Virus genome (UHGV): UHGV-0021337
Direction: 5' to 3' (one strand)
DNA length: 64,000 nt
Origin: a virus
In this document: in pieces, positions 1 through 10,247 of the stretch
How the letters are laid out: each line of letters starts with the position of its first letter
Numbering within the stretch: the first letter of the stretch is position 1
Position numbers and translations under genes: made by a program
Notes under the pieces: model-generated
Databases searched by the model: none
Seen by the model: the letters and a program-made list of their open reading frames with translations, nothing else
What the model was told of the DNA's origin: nothing

Positions 1-2
1 GA

Positions 3-719
3 GCAGAAGAAAAAGATCCTACTATAACGCAACCTTCTGTTAGTATTTCATTAACTAATGCTGGAGCAAAAGAAGTTGGGTCTTCAATAACTCCCGCTTA
101 CAAAGTCACATTTGGAGCAGGCAAGTACGAGTTTGGTCCTGCAACCGGTGTAACAGCTGAATATGCAGTATCTGACACAGCTTCTCATACAGCAACTACA
201 GCGGAAGGCTCTTTCGATGCATTTACAGTTGAGGATGCTACAAATTACAAAGTATCTGTAACTGCAACATACACGAATGGTGCAACTCCTGTAACAAATC
301 TTCAAACTGAAAAACCCGCTCTTGCAATTAAAGCAGGAAGTAAGAGTGCCACATCCAGCGCGGTAACTGGATTCCGTGGATGGTTCTACGGGTATAAAAC
401 AAACAATACGATTAACCCTGAGACAATGACTTCCGCTCAAGTTAGAGCATTAGGAACTGCAAGAAATGGTAGTTTTGCTACAACTGTAACAACAAATAAG
501 ATGCAACAGATGTTCTTTGCTGCTCCTAAAGGTCTTGTTAAAAACATTCAAGTTGCAAACTCTAAGACAACTGCTCCACAAGTTGTTACAAAGAGAACTG
601 CTGAATTGATGGTTGAAGGGGCTAATAGTTATCAGGCTGTTGCATATGATTTATTCTATGTAAACAATGCTGCACCTGAAGGTGGCAGTACTACATTCAC
701 TGTAACGGTAACGAAATAA
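3..719 (+). CDS. tail fiber / structural protein, C-terminal fragment (5' partial; frame open from the window start)
   Basis: The frame containing ORF 426..719 is open back to nt 3. The sequence is Ala/Thr/Val-rich and beta-strand-like (…TAEYAVSDTASHTATTAEGSFDAF…). It sits immediately upstream of two tail-fiber-like genes. Confidence 0.45.
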   Translation, partial: AEEKDPTITQPSVSISLTNAGAKEVGSSITPAYKVTFGAGKYEFGPATGVTAEYAVSDTASHTATTAEGSFDAFTVEDATNYKVSVTATYTNGATPVTNLQTEKPALAIKAGSKSATSSAVTGFRGWFYGYKTNNTINPETMTSAQVRALGTARNGSFATTVTTNKMQQMFFAAPKGLVKNIQVANSKTTAPQVVTKRTAELMVEGANSYQAVAYDLFYVNNAAPEGGSTTFTVTVTK

Positions 720-735
720 GGAGTAAATTAGCAAT

Positions 736-2640
736 ATGATAACACGTGAAGAATTACTACAAAAATTAGCAAATGACCCTAAATGGGACGTTGGCGTTGC
801 GATTAACCGTACTAACCCGGTACCCACAGATGCTACTGCGGTAGTTGAATCTGTTGAAGCATTAAACGCGTATGCAACTAGCAACCCTATTGCGTATCCC
901 GGCCAAATTGTTACAGTTTTAGGTGAAACTGAAATTGCAGCGTACTTGATTAAAACAGTCGGAGAAAATTCTGCTATCAGTAAACTTGCTGCTTCTACAG
1001 CGTCCGGAGACATTGCAACAGATGTTGAAAATTTGAAAACTCAAGTCGCTAAGATAATTAGTGGTGAACAAGTTGTTGGTGCAGCTACAAAAGCTACTCA
1101 AGACGGAGCTGGAAATGTAATTGCTACTACTTATGCAACTGTCAGCGCGCTTAATGATGTTAAAACAACTGCAGAACAAGGTGTTACTGACGCTGCTGCA
1201 GCTAAATCGGCGGCTGATGCTGCTAAAGAAGTTGCCGACGCAAAAATTGGTGCAGTTTCTCTCGCTTCTGGTACAAACAACGGAACATTAAAACTTACGA
1301 TTGATGGTACAGCGACTGATAACATTGCAGTAACAGGTCTCGGTTCTGCGGCTTACAAAGCAGACACAGCTTTTGACGCTGCAGGTAAAGCAGAAGAACT
1401 TGTTAATGCACACAATAGCTCGAATGCTGCTCATAGTGACATAAGAGAATCAATAACTGCTCTTTCAGAAAAAGTTAGTGGTCGTGCTACTAACTATGTA
1501 TTTGCAAATAAATTAGACGCAGAGTATGTTGCAGCAATTGGTAAAGCTGGTTCATTTGGTATTGGTGATACAATTTACTTTACTGATACTAATATTCCAG
1601 ATGAATGGGTAACAGCAGTTAACGAATCTGCTCCTTTCTATACATTCCAAGAAATTGAAACTGAGAAACCTGACCTTTCTGGTTATGTTAAAGACACTAG
1701 AAAAATCAATGGGAAAGACTTAAAAGCTGATATTACACTTGGTGTTGCAGATATCAGTGGTGCTGCTTCTACAACTGATGTTTCAACTGCTAAAGAAGAA
1801 GTCCTTGGCACAGTAGACACTAAACTCGAAAATTATGTAACAAATACTACTCTTGATGGTAAAGGTTACATTACTAAAGAAGTCAACAACCTTACAAATT
1901 ACACAACAACAACTGAACTTAATACCGCACTTGGTAACAAACAAGATAAGAATCAAACTCTAACAGACATTGCTGCGCTTGAAGGGACAGGTCTTGTAAA
2001 GAAAACAGCTGACGGAGTTGAGCTTGATACAAATAGCTATCTTGTTGAAGCTGATTTAACTAGCGCATTAGAACCTTATGCAAAGAGTGCTGATGTAACG
2101 TCAGAAATAGAAACAGCTGTTGCTGATAAACAAACAGCAGCTCAAGTTAATGCATTGATTGCTGCTGCAACTATTGACGGAAGTAAAGTAAATGGTGCAG
2201 TTGCAAGTGCAACAAATGCTGACACTGCTGCAAAAGTTGCTAATAAACTGACAGTTGGTGATAAGGAATTTGATGGTTCCACAGCAGTAGAAATTACTGC
2301 AGCAGACCTAGGCGCTATTACCGCTATTCCTGAAGCAACTGCGGAAGCCCTTGGTGGCATTAAAGTTGGATTTAATAAAGCAGGCAACAAGCTTCCTGTT
2401 CAGCTCGAAGAAGGAAAAGCATTTGTAGAAATACCTGCTGCGGTTCAATATCAAGCAGGTGACGGTCTTGCATTAGACAGTGCAACACATACGTTCTCTA
2501 TTGCAGAAAACGGTGTTGTTTCTACAATGATTGCGGACAATAGTGTAACTAATGCTAAAATCCAAAATGTAAATGTAATGAAACTTGAACAGGGTGAAGC
2601 TGACATACTAGTTCTAAACGGTGGTAATGCTACTGCTTAA
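736..2640 (+). CDS. tail fiber-like structural protein (Ala-rich, 634 aa)
   Basis: An AAGGAG-like RBS precedes the ATG. The composition is Ala/Thr/Val-rich and low-complexity with Ala-rich coiled-coil-like segments. It shares the motif IDG..LGSAA(Y/F)K(A/S)DT.F with the next gene. A strong terminator hairpin follows at 2649-2690. Confidence 0.55.
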   Translation: MITREELLQKLANDPKWDVGVAINRTNPVPTDATAVVESVEALNAYATSNPIAYPGQIVTVLGETEIAAYLIKTVGENSAISKLAASTASGDIATDVENLKTQVAKIISGEQVVGAATKATQDGAGNVIATTYATVSALNDVKTTAEQGVTDAAAAKSAADAAKEVADAKIGAVSLASGTNNGTLKLTIDGTATDNIAVTGLGSAAYKADTAFDAAGKAEELVNAHNSSNAAHSDIRESITALSEKVSGRATNYVFANKLDAEYVAAIGKAGSFGIGDTIYFTDTNIPDEWVTAVNESAPFYTFQEIETEKPDLSGYVKDTRKINGKDLKADITLGVADISGAASTTDVSTAKEEVLGTVDTKLENYVTNTTLDGKGYITKEVNNLTNYTTTTELNTALGNKQDKNQTLTDIAALEGTGLVKKTADGVELDTNSYLVEADLTSALEPYAKSADVTSEIETAVADKQTAAQVNALIAAATIDGSKVNGAVASATNADTAAKVANKLTVGDKEFDGSTAVEITAADLGAITAIPEATAEALGGIKVGFNKAGNKLPVQLEEGKAFVEIPAAVQYQAGDGLALDSATHTFSIAENGVVSTMIADNSVTNAKIQNVNVMKLEQGEADILVLNGGNATA

Positions 2641-2648
2641 CTTACAGA

Positions 2649-2690
2649 GTAACAAAGAGGGATAAATCCCTCTTTGTTACTTGTATTATT
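2649..2690 (+). terminator. rho-independent terminator
   Basis: Perfect 14-bp stem gtaacaaagaggga / tccctctttgttac with loop taaa, followed by a T-rich tract. Confidence 0.8.
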
Positions 2691-2775
2691 TATAAAAGAG
2701 CTCTATAAAAGATGAATTTAAAACACACTTTAACAGAGTTAAGCATTAGTACAGATAACTATGGAGATACATTAG

Positions 2776-4959
2776 ATGGCTACAAAAACTCTTAAAGCAC
2801 GAATCAAGCTTAAATATGACACGTATGAAAATTGGAGTGCTGCAGATAATCAGTTTAAACTTGAAGCAGGAGAGGTTGCTGTAACAAGTGTACTAAATGT
2901 TGTAGATCCTGTAAATAATCCTCCAACAATTATGTTTAAGGTAGGTGATGGAACAAAAACATACAACCAGTTAGGTTGGGCTTCAGCTCTTGCAGCTGAT
3001 GTGTATGCGTGGGGAAAAGCAGCTAAAGCTCCTGTTGCAGACATTCTTAGTAGCGGAAGTAATGTGCACGTTACTAAAAACGAAAATAACGTTTATACTA
3101 TCGGCGTAGATGAGCAAAGTTTTGTTGATACAAATACATTATATCGTATAAAACTTGATGGTTATACGTTGACGTTAGAAAGTAGTGAAGATGGTAATGC
3201 TTGGACTACACAAGACACTTTAACGTTACCTGATAACAATACAACATATACATTTGACTCTACAGCTACTTCAGGTGCAAGTTTTAACGTAACACCTTCT
3301 GGAGGCAATACTCAAACAGTTTATATCGATGGTTTAGGTAGTGCGGCATTCAAATCAGATACTTATTTTGCAACTGCACAATCGGTCACTGATATCAAAG
3401 GAGACGTAGAGTCCTGTGTCAGCGAATTAGATAAGAAACTAAACAAAGCTACAGGCAAAAGTGTTGTTTATGTGAACGGTGGAAATGGTGCGCCTACAAC
3501 TATAGGGTTTGCAGAAAACACCGCCCCTGCGTCCTCAATGGTTAGAAGAAATACAGACGGAGCAGTCGTTGCTACAAACCTTGCAGCCCCTTTCAATGAT
3601 ATAACGAAGTTAGGTGACAATCTCGGTAAAAGACTTATTTATGTTGGTGGTGACAAGACTATAAACGGTGGTTTAAGCAAAATAACGATTAACTCTAACA
3701 TTTACGACATTGATTTTAACGGTGCAACTATAACCTTAAATTTTGACGAACGTCAACTTGTCGCAAATACTTATGACGGATTGTTGAATGGTCACAGTCA
3801 TTGCGTAATCCGCAATTTGAACTTAAAAGTAGTCATTAAACCTTTTTCTACAAATACTGCAGTAACAGGATATAACGTGCTTGATACGTTTGGCGGTATA
3901 GAGAACTCTCTTATCACTATTAACAGTAATGAAGTCACAGGTGGGACAGTTAACATTACTTTAAGAGGTATCGCAAATGCTGACCATATCAATAACACGA
4001 AAGTAAATTTTAATTGTTATACGCCAAAGGTTACTGCTGTATGTTATTCTTACTGCAATTATTTGTTTTGGTGTAGAGCTGATAAAAACAACAATTATTC
4101 GTTTGCTGAATGTAACTATCTAGTCAACTGTTCAAGTATGACTAATAGTACAACTAAAGTAAGAGAAAAATCTGCATCATACCTGAATTGTAGTGCATTA
4201 CAAAATTGTTCTTATTACATAGTTGCAAGCGACCCTAATGATTCGAGTCATAATCCTGCCTTGACAGCTACATTAAAATACACATCAACTGTTGGAAAAT
4301 CTCCGCTTGATAATATTCAGGAAGTAAATGATGGCAAAACAAAAGCATATGTAAAACCTGCAAATGGAAGTGGTATAACTGCAGTAATCGACGTTGACAC
4401 AGATGCTAATGCAAATACAATTGTTCGTAGGTTAACTGATGGTCGAGTTCGTGGAACAATTGCAAAAGACGCTAATGACCTTACCACTTTATCTCAAGTT
4501 ACTTCTTATACACAAGGCAACCCGACCGAAAATGGCACAGAAGATTTAACAAAGATTAAAATTGCAGATGTTGTTTATAACATACCACAAGGTCAAACAA
4601 TTGATGCATATACTAAAGATGAAACAAACACTTTATTGAATGCAAAGCAAAATACTTTAACCCAACCACAACTTAATGCCGCTAATTCAGGAATTACTGC
4701 AAATAAAGTGTCGATATATGACAACTACGCAAACACCATTAACAACAAGGTAGATAAGGTCACAGGGAAAGGTTTATCTACAAACGATTTTACAACTGCT
4801 GAAAAGACAAAACTTGCTGGAATAGAAACGGGAGCAGAAGTTAATGAGATTGACACGATTACAGCAGGCGAAAACGTAACAGTGTCGAAAAGCGGTAAGA
4901 CTGTGACTATCTCGGCAACAGGCAGTGGGGGTAATTCCTTAAAAGTTACTATATGGTAG
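2776..4959 (+). CDS. tail fiber / receptor-binding protein (727 aa)
   Basis: It shares the LGSAAFKSDTYF motif with the 736..2640 product. A beta-helix-like N/T/G-rich repeat region precedes a Cys-rich segment of roughly 10 Cys in 75 aa (CYTPKVTAVCYSYCNYLFWC…NCSSM…NCSALQNCSYY). The C-terminal KGLSTNDFTTAEKTKL motif is typical of phage fibers. Confidence 0.55.
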   Translation: MATKTLKARIKLKYDTYENWSAADNQFKLEAGEVAVTSVLNVVDPVNNPPTIMFKVGDGTKTYNQLGWASALAADVYAWGKAAKAPVADILSSGSNVHVTKNENNVYTIGVDEQSFVDTNTLYRIKLDGYTLTLESSEDGNAWTTQDTLTLPDNNTTYTFDSTATSGASFNVTPSGGNTQTVYIDGLGSAAFKSDTYFATAQSVTDIKGDVESCVSELDKKLNKATGKSVVYVNGGNGAPTTIGFAENTAPASSMVRRNTDGAVVATNLAAPFNDITKLGDNLGKRLIYVGGDKTINGGLSKITINSNIYDIDFNGATITLNFDERQLVANTYDGLLNGHSHCVIRNLNLKVVIKPFSTNTAVTGYNVLDTFGGIENSLITINSNEVTGGTVNITLRGIANADHINNTKVNFNCYTPKVTAVCYSYCNYLFWCRADKNNNYSFAECNYLVNCSSMTNSTTKVREKSASYLNCSALQNCSYYIVASDPNDSSHNPALTATLKYTSTVGKSPLDNIQEVNDGKTKAYVKPANGSGITAVIDVDTDANANTIVRRLTDGRVRGTIAKDANDLTTLSQVTSYTQGNPTENGTEDLTKIKIADVVYNIPQGQTIDAYTKDETNTLLNAKQNTLTQPQLNAANSGITANKVSIYDNYANTINNKVDKVTGKGLSTNDFTTAEKTKLAGIETGAEVNEIDTITAGENVTVSKSGKTVTISATGSGGNSLKVTIW

Positions 4960-5023
4960 GTGTGAACAATGAATGAAATAACTACTTATAGCAATAGAAC
5001 AATTGTTAAAGGAGAAAAATAAT

Positions 5024-6652
5024 ATGCCTAGTATGCCTATGTTGTATCATTTAGGTAGTATAATACTTTTAGTCGATTTAGTTCCCACAGAGATAGGGTA
5101 TGATTCAAATGATTCTTTTACAAAAGAACAAGTAACTGTTGCAAAAAATAAATTAACCTCTACTACAGCAAGTTTTTCTAATATTACAAATAATGATTAT
5201 GTTGAAGCAAGTTCAGACTACAAAGAACTTTTAACGAAAGCAGGTTGGGAAATCAAATCTGTACAATATCCGAAGATGGCGGGCGAGGGTGGAACCGTTT
5301 ATCATCCTGGCGATACTTTTGACGAGATATCAGGCGCCGATGCGACATACATCACTATCGAAGCGGTGACGCCTGCAACGCCTGAAACTTGGATGCTTAA
5401 TAAACTTGGAACGTCGACATTAGGCAATGAAACTTTCAACGTATCATTTAAGTCAAACAACACTACATATAGTAAAATTGTTTGTGATAGATTTGAAACA
5501 GAGGCATTGTATTATGATAGTACAAAGGCGTGGCAGACAGGAGAATGGCGTAACGAAGCCTATCGCACAATCATATTTGACAGCCCCGTAACCGACACAA
5601 CTCTTTTAACGTGGTTACAAGCAAACGGCACGAAACAAGAAACAGACATTTCAAAAAAACTTACAAAACTAAAATACAAAGTAAGCGACGTATGTCAGTT
5701 GTTCGATAAAGACAAGTATTTCGCTACGAGAACGGCGCACGGCGTGGTTTTTACAAATAACGGCGACGGCAGTTTTACCATAAACGGCACTTGCGATAGC
5801 GACGCGGACGCGGACACCCCGTTGTTTTTACCACCTACGGGATACAGCGTTACATTTGATTTATATTCCATAGAGGGTCATAAGTATTTGCTTATTCCGT
5901 TGCCGCAAGCGTTCAGTTATAGTACGTTGTGTTTTATTTTCGGAAGCCAAGCGACACCTTACTACGAAACTTCCGACACTTATAAGATTTATACTGCTAC
6001 TAAAACGGGAACTTATCCTTGTTATGCAATTTACAGAGTAGGAAAAGGCACGACGATAAATAACCTTACGGTTAAACCTCAACTTTTTGACCTTACAGAA
6101 ATGTACGGGGCGGCCAACGAACCGACTACTCTTGCGGAATTTAGGCAGAAATACCCAAATGATTTATATCCGTATAGTCCGCAATGTTGGTATTCAATTA
6201 ACAAAACAAGATATATAACACCTACAAAAAACTTATTTAATATAAATAACGGTTTTATACGACAAACACGCTGCAATGGTGTTATTGAAAACGGAGTTGC
6301 AACTATAACAGCAACAGCAGTAAATGCAAGTTATTATTTTGCAAAAGTAGATGTAGAAGTAGGAAAAACTTATATTGTAAGTGCTGACTGGACAACTACT
6401 GGCTACTCGTTAGGTTTATTTGTATCTAACGAATCCAGTTATGATACATTTAGTTATGGAAGGATAACTGAGACTACAAGTTCTATCAAAATCGTGGCAA
6501 CTGGAACAGAGTTGTATTTGAAAGGTTATGTTACCTACGATGTGTTGCCTGCGGTAGCAAGGATTAGTAATATTCAAGTGGAAGAAAATTCTGTTAAAAC
6601 CAATTATGTTCCATACGGTTATCTACCACTAAATAAAGGAGTAAAAATATGA
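5024..6652 (+). CDS. putative receptor-binding / distal tail fiber protein
   Basis: ATG at 5024 follows the RBS aaaggagaaaaataat; the track's 5003 start is a TTG. It lies between fiber genes. Its middle portion, about 5280-6200, is markedly CpG-rich compared with its flanks. Confidence 0.4.
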   Translation: MPSMPMLYHLGSIILLVDLVPTEIGYDSNDSFTKEQVTVAKNKLTSTTASFSNITNNDYVEASSDYKELLTKAGWEIKSVQYPKMAGEGGTVYHPGDTFDEISGADATYITIEAVTPATPETWMLNKLGTSTLGNETFNVSFKSNNTTYSKIVCDRFETEALYYDSTKAWQTGEWRNEAYRTIIFDSPVTDTTLLTWLQANGTKQETDISKKLTKLKYKVSDVCQLFDKDKYFATRTAHGVVFTNNGDGSFTINGTCDSDADADTPLFLPPTGYSVTFDLYSIEGHKYLLIPLPQAFSYSTLCFIFGSQATPYYETSDTYKIYTATKTGTYPCYAIYRVGKGTTINNLTVKPQLFDLTEMYGAANEPTTLAEFRQKYPNDLYPYSPQCWYSINKTRYITPTKNLFNINNGFIRQTRCNGVIENGVATITATAVNASYYFAKVDVEVGKTYIVSADWTTTGYSLGLFVSNESSYDTFSYGRITETTSSIKIVATGTELYLKGYVTYDVLPAVARISNIQVEENSVKTNYVPYGYLPLNKGVKI

Positions 6653-7167
6653 GTGAATTTACACAAGTCGATTTACAAATCGGCACAGAAGCACAGTTTG
6701 AGACAAAGAAAGCGGATTTATCCGAAGGCATTCTTGTAGGACTTACAGACCCGATACACGAAAGTGAGTTGGATAGTGCTTTGCAGACGAAGATTGACGG
6801 GATAAAAAAGGTGTATCTACATCGTATACTAATCGAAGGAACAGACAACCCATCACGCATCGCTTGTATAAACATTATAAACACAGAAGTGACTCCTTAT
6901 ACGTTTGATACTTTTAGAGCGGCGTTAGCGACTAGTTGGTCTTATGACCTTCCTTTCAACGGTTTACCTGTTGTATCAACAAGAAAATTTAATGGAGGTC
7001 CTCCTACTTATTATGACATATTTGATGCAATACAAACAACAAATGAATCAAGTTCAATATCTACTATTACTGTCTACTATAAAGAAGCGTATGATACAAA
7101 CATTTCAAATATGTCGACACAAGAATTTACTCCCGGACAATTTACAGATACAGTAATTGAATTATGA
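6649..7167 (+). CDS. hypothetical protein
   Basis: ATGA stop/start overlap with the upstream gene and an RBS aaggag are present. The region is CpG-rich. Confidence 0.45.
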   Translation: MSEFTQVDLQIGTEAQFETKKADLSEGILVGLTDPIHESELDSALQTKIDGIKKVYLHRILIEGTDNPSRIACINIINTEVTPYTFDTFRAALATSWSYDLPFNGLPVVSTRKFNGGPPTYYDIFDAIQTTNESSSISTITVYYKEAYDTNISNMSTQEFTPGQFTDTVIEL

Positions 7168-7181
7168 AAGGAGAAAACTAT

Positions 7182-7640
7182 ATGTATTATTACAAACAAA
7201 CAATTGATGGAAACACTTTTTACTTCACAAGCGAAGAAGCCGTTTCATACGACGGGGCAACGCAAGTAACGAAAGAAGAATACGACGCTTATATGGAAGA
7301 GCAACGCAAAATTGCCGAAGCGTTAAAAAACAAACGTTACTACTACAAGAAAGATAATTCATATCTTAATTTGAAGTCTCCACTCACAAAAGACGGCTAC
7401 GAAGAGATTACCAAAGAAGAGTATGAATTAGCAACAATCAAGACTGTTGAAATTACATACACTAAAGAACAACAATATCCAAAATTAGTAGAAAAATACA
7501 TTAGAGAAAAATATTCTTTATCTGATGAATTAGCAATTTTAAGACAAAGAGATACAAAGTCAGAAGAGTTTACTAATTACTATAACTATGCTGAAGAATG
7601 TAAAGCAAAAGCAAAACAAGAACTTAACATAACAGAATAG
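7182..7640 (+). CDS. hypothetical protein (Tyr/Glu/Lys-rich)
   Basis: The RBS aaaggagaaaactat precedes the ATG at 7182; the track ORF begins at 7164. Confidence 0.4.
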   Translation: MYYYKQTIDGNTFYFTSEEAVSYDGATQVTKEEYDAYMEEQRKIAEALKNKRYYYKKDNSYLNLKSPLTKDGYEEITKEEYELATIKTVEITYTKEQQYPKLVEKYIREKYSLSDELAILRQRDTKSEEFTNYYNYAEECKAKAKQELNITE

Positions 7641-7649
7641 TTTACATCT

Positions 7650-7955
7650 ATGAAAGCTCGTTTAATTATAATCTACATTCTTTCTTTAGTGGATTTAGCT
7701 TTTACGTTATATCTAACACATCGATTTGGTGACATTGAAGCAAATCCTGTTGGAAAACTACTTCTTAAAGACACTTTGTTAGCAATCTTATACAAAGTGT
7801 TTGTAGTTGGTATTGCACTTATTCTGCTGTATCATTACCGCGATAATACATTGTCACAAGTTATGTCGTGGATATTGCTCGTAGTCTTTATTTGTCTAGT
7901 TATATATCACATTATACTTGTAGGCATTGTTCACTATATCCTTTTCATTTCTTAA
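7650..7955 (+). CDS. small integral membrane protein (3 predicted TM helices)
   Basis: Three hydrophobic stretches are visible (IIIYILSLVDLAFTLYL; AILYKVFVVGIALILLY; WILLVVFICLVIYHIILVGIV). Confidence 0.45.
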   Translation: MKARLIIIYILSLVDLAFTLYLTHRFGDIEANPVGKLLLKDTLLAILYKVFVVGIALILLYHYRDNTLSQVMSWILLVVFICLVIYHIILVGIVHYILFIS

Positions 7956-8086
7956 TAACCAGTGCAATCGTTGATTATTTCGAGAATAACTAGTACATAT
8001 ATAAATTATTAACAACTTCCGTAACTCCTGTTTTAACCGGGTTGCACTAAGTTGCACAGGTATTATAACAGGTTATCTACTAATAA

Positions 8087-8121
8087 AACGCTAGCAGTAA
8101 AAATGTTAGCGTTTTCTTTTT
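8087..8121 (+). terminator. rho-independent terminator
   Basis: Stem aacgcta / tagcgtt followed by ttctttttg; part of a terminator-promoter cassette. Confidence 0.55.
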
Positions 8122-8148
8122 GATTGTTCTACTTAAATCCTTTATAAT
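8120..8148 (+). promoter_or_regulatory. sigma-A type promoter (TTGATT-17-TATAAT)
   Basis: ttgatt at 8120-8125, a 17-nt spacer and tataat at 8143-8148, about 30 nt upstream of the strong RBS for the gene at 8178. The same cassette recurs at 16295. Confidence 0.65.
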
Positions 8149-8177
8149 AATAGTATAAATAAGGAAGGTAGTCAAGT

Positions 8178-9365
8178 ATGAAATATCAAGTTTTGAAGAG
8201 TTTGGTTCCTACAATTAAGACTAAGATTGAATCTTATCAGCACAGATTTAGTAGATATAAGTTTGGTCACATTGACTTTACTGTATCCGAACCTTATATA
8301 ATTAGAACTTCTGATAATAGAACTATTCAAGTTGTTGATGTCGATGTTGAAGGAGAGTATAAAATTCCAGGCTGGATATTTGTAGCAAGTCTTGAATGGG
8401 TTCCGGAAGCAGGAACAAACTTAGTTAAACGTGTTGGCAATGATTTACAAATTCCTGAACGCTATCTTAATTCTACCGATTGTGAACATTGTCGCTCAAA
8501 TAGAGACAGAAAGTATACAATTGTTATTTATAACGAGCAAACGAACGAGTTCAAACAAGTAGGCAGACAATGCGTCAAAGATTACATCGGTGCTGATGTT
8601 GAAGATTATCTTTCGTATTTATCTTTATTTGAAAGTATGCAAGAATGGTTCAATAATTTACCGAAAGAAGGAAGAAACAAAGAAGACGCTATTTTCAAAA
8701 CAGATGATATTCTTACACAGACAGTTGAAGAAGTTAACCATGCTGGATATGTAAGTCAGCAAACCATTGCTAACTGGTATGATAGAAATGGATATGATGA
8801 TGCAATGTGTCCGTTAGAAAAAACTTCTTCACAAGTTTACAAAATAATGAATAAAGTTACTGGATATTCAAGTTATGAATTAGTTAGACCTGAGTATGAA
8901 GTTACAGATAAAACGTTAGGTCAAGTTCAAAATATCAAGCACTTTGTAGACGACTTGGTGGATAACAATGAGTATATTCATAACATTAAAGCTCTTTTCA
9001 AAACCGAATACGTTGACAATTCTAAGCTGGGCCTTGTAGTTAGTGCTGTTGGATATTACTTAAGAGAAACGGCTGCAAGAGTTGAAGCAGAAAAAGAAAG
9101 TACTTCTGAATACATAGGAGACATTGGCGATAAGATTGAATTTACTTCAAAACCTGTTGTAGTTAGTAGTTATGAAAACGAGTATGGTGTAAGTGTCCTT
9201 TACAAATTTGTCGACGGTGGTAACGTGATTATGTGGAGAACTGGTAAGCGCCTCGATCCTGATGTTGAATACACGATAAAGGCAACAATAAAAGAACATT
9301 CCGATTTTAGAAATGTTAAACAAACAGTTGTAACCAGAGGTAAAGTTTTAGATGAGCAAGTATAA
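8178..9365 (+). CDS. hypothetical early protein (395 aa)
   Basis: It is the first gene after the strong promoter, with RBS aaggaagg. It contains a CEHC…C Cys/His cluster. No function was recognised. Confidence 0.5.
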   Translation: MKYQVLKSLVPTIKTKIESYQHRFSRYKFGHIDFTVSEPYIIRTSDNRTIQVVDVDVEGEYKIPGWIFVASLEWVPEAGTNLVKRVGNDLQIPERYLNSTDCEHCRSNRDRKYTIVIYNEQTNEFKQVGRQCVKDYIGADVEDYLSYLSLFESMQEWFNNLPKEGRNKEDAIFKTDDILTQTVEEVNHAGYVSQQTIANWYDRNGYDDAMCPLEKTSSQVYKIMNKVTGYSSYELVRPEYEVTDKTLGQVQNIKHFVDDLVDNNEYIHNIKALFKTEYVDNSKLGLVVSAVGYYLRETAARVEAEKESTSEYIGDIGDKIEFTSKPVVVSSYENEYGVSVLYKFVDGGNVIMWRTGKRLDPDVEYTIKATIKEHSDFRNVKQTVVTRGKVLDEQV

Positions 9366-9563
9366 AGTATGGGTTTCTATACCACAAGCAATAGATGTAG
9401 AAGCAGAGTCTGAAGAAAATGCAAAGGAAAAAGTTTTAACTTACTTAGTTAATACAAAGCAAATAAAACCAGCTGATTATATCGAGTTAGAAGTAACTCA
9501 GATAAGATAGTTGATTTATCTATAAACATTAACTATGTCAAAGTATATAAGTTAGAGGATTAT

Positions 9564-9911
9564 ATGAATGACTTTAATAAACTTTGGGAAGAACTAAACA
9601 AACAAGAAAAAGAAGAGTTTATCGACGAAAGTGATTTCAATGCATTTCAATCTTACATATCCGAACCTAGCACAGTTTTGATGGAAATGGCTAATGTAAG
9701 AGGAATGGATGTAAAAGTAGACTCGTACTTACCATTTTCGTTTCATTTTTGTAGTAAAGATGCAGTTGATCAACAACACGGAATAAGAGCAAAGATAATA
9801 TGGAATCCATCAAAAGCTCCGTATAGTGCAGATGGATATATGGAACTGCACGGTAACTATGACTACGTTGTAGGAAGCCATAAATACAAACCCAGTGAAA
9901 AAAGAGATTAA
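9564..9911 (+). CDS. hypothetical protein
   Basis: ORF with RBS gaggattatatg. Confidence 0.4.
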   Translation: MNDFNKLWEELNKQEKEEFIDESDFNAFQSYISEPSTVLMEMANVRGMDVKVDSYLPFSFHFCSKDAVDQQHGIRAKIIWNPSKAPYSADGYMELHGNYDYVVGSHKYKPSEKRD

Positions 9912-10143
9912 AATAGCAAGAGATTTCTTTAAGAAATACAAAGTTCTTTTTGCAGCTGTTTGGGAAAATGTTTTGTATGACGGAGACCTACAAGATTACT
10001 TTAGAGGTAGAGTTGATTTCAAACAACTATTAACACTTTTCGACCTGAAAGGAAAAGATTACTACAACGTGAATCACTGTAAGACAATTCAAGAATTAGA
10101 GACATGTATTCGTAGAAATAAAATTTTCAGTTTGAATGATTAA
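9895..10143 (+). CDS. hypothetical protein
   Basis: Overlaps the upstream ORF; followed by a terminator. Confidence 0.35.
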   Translation: MKKEIKIARDFFKKYKVLFAAVWENVLYDGDLQDYFRGRVDFKQLLTLFDLKGKDYYNVNHCKTIQELETCIRRNKIFSLND

Positions 10144-10171
10144 ACTGCATACTATACAAGTTTATTTTTAA

Positions 10172-10203
10172 GAACCAGGTTATCTACTTGGTTCTTTTTT
10201 AAT
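10172..10203 (+). terminator. rho-independent terminator
   Basis: 9-bp stem gaaccaggt / acttggttc (one G-U pair), loop tatct, then ttttttaatttt. Confidence 0.8.
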
Positions 10204-10247
10204 TTTACTATATAATATAATTGTAAAATAAATAAAGAGGTGCGTAT

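Noticed and set aside
84-1325. Minus-strand ORFs overlapping the first fiber genes (84..440, 651..1013, 919..1179, 1131..1325) and similar antisense ORFs throughout (e.g. 37625..38158, 23015..23566, 27124..27696)
   Set aside because: They lie entirely inside longer, well-supported + strand genes. They lack RBSs and have Cys/Ser/Arg-rich low-complexity translations typical of antisense frames of AT-rich coding DNA.
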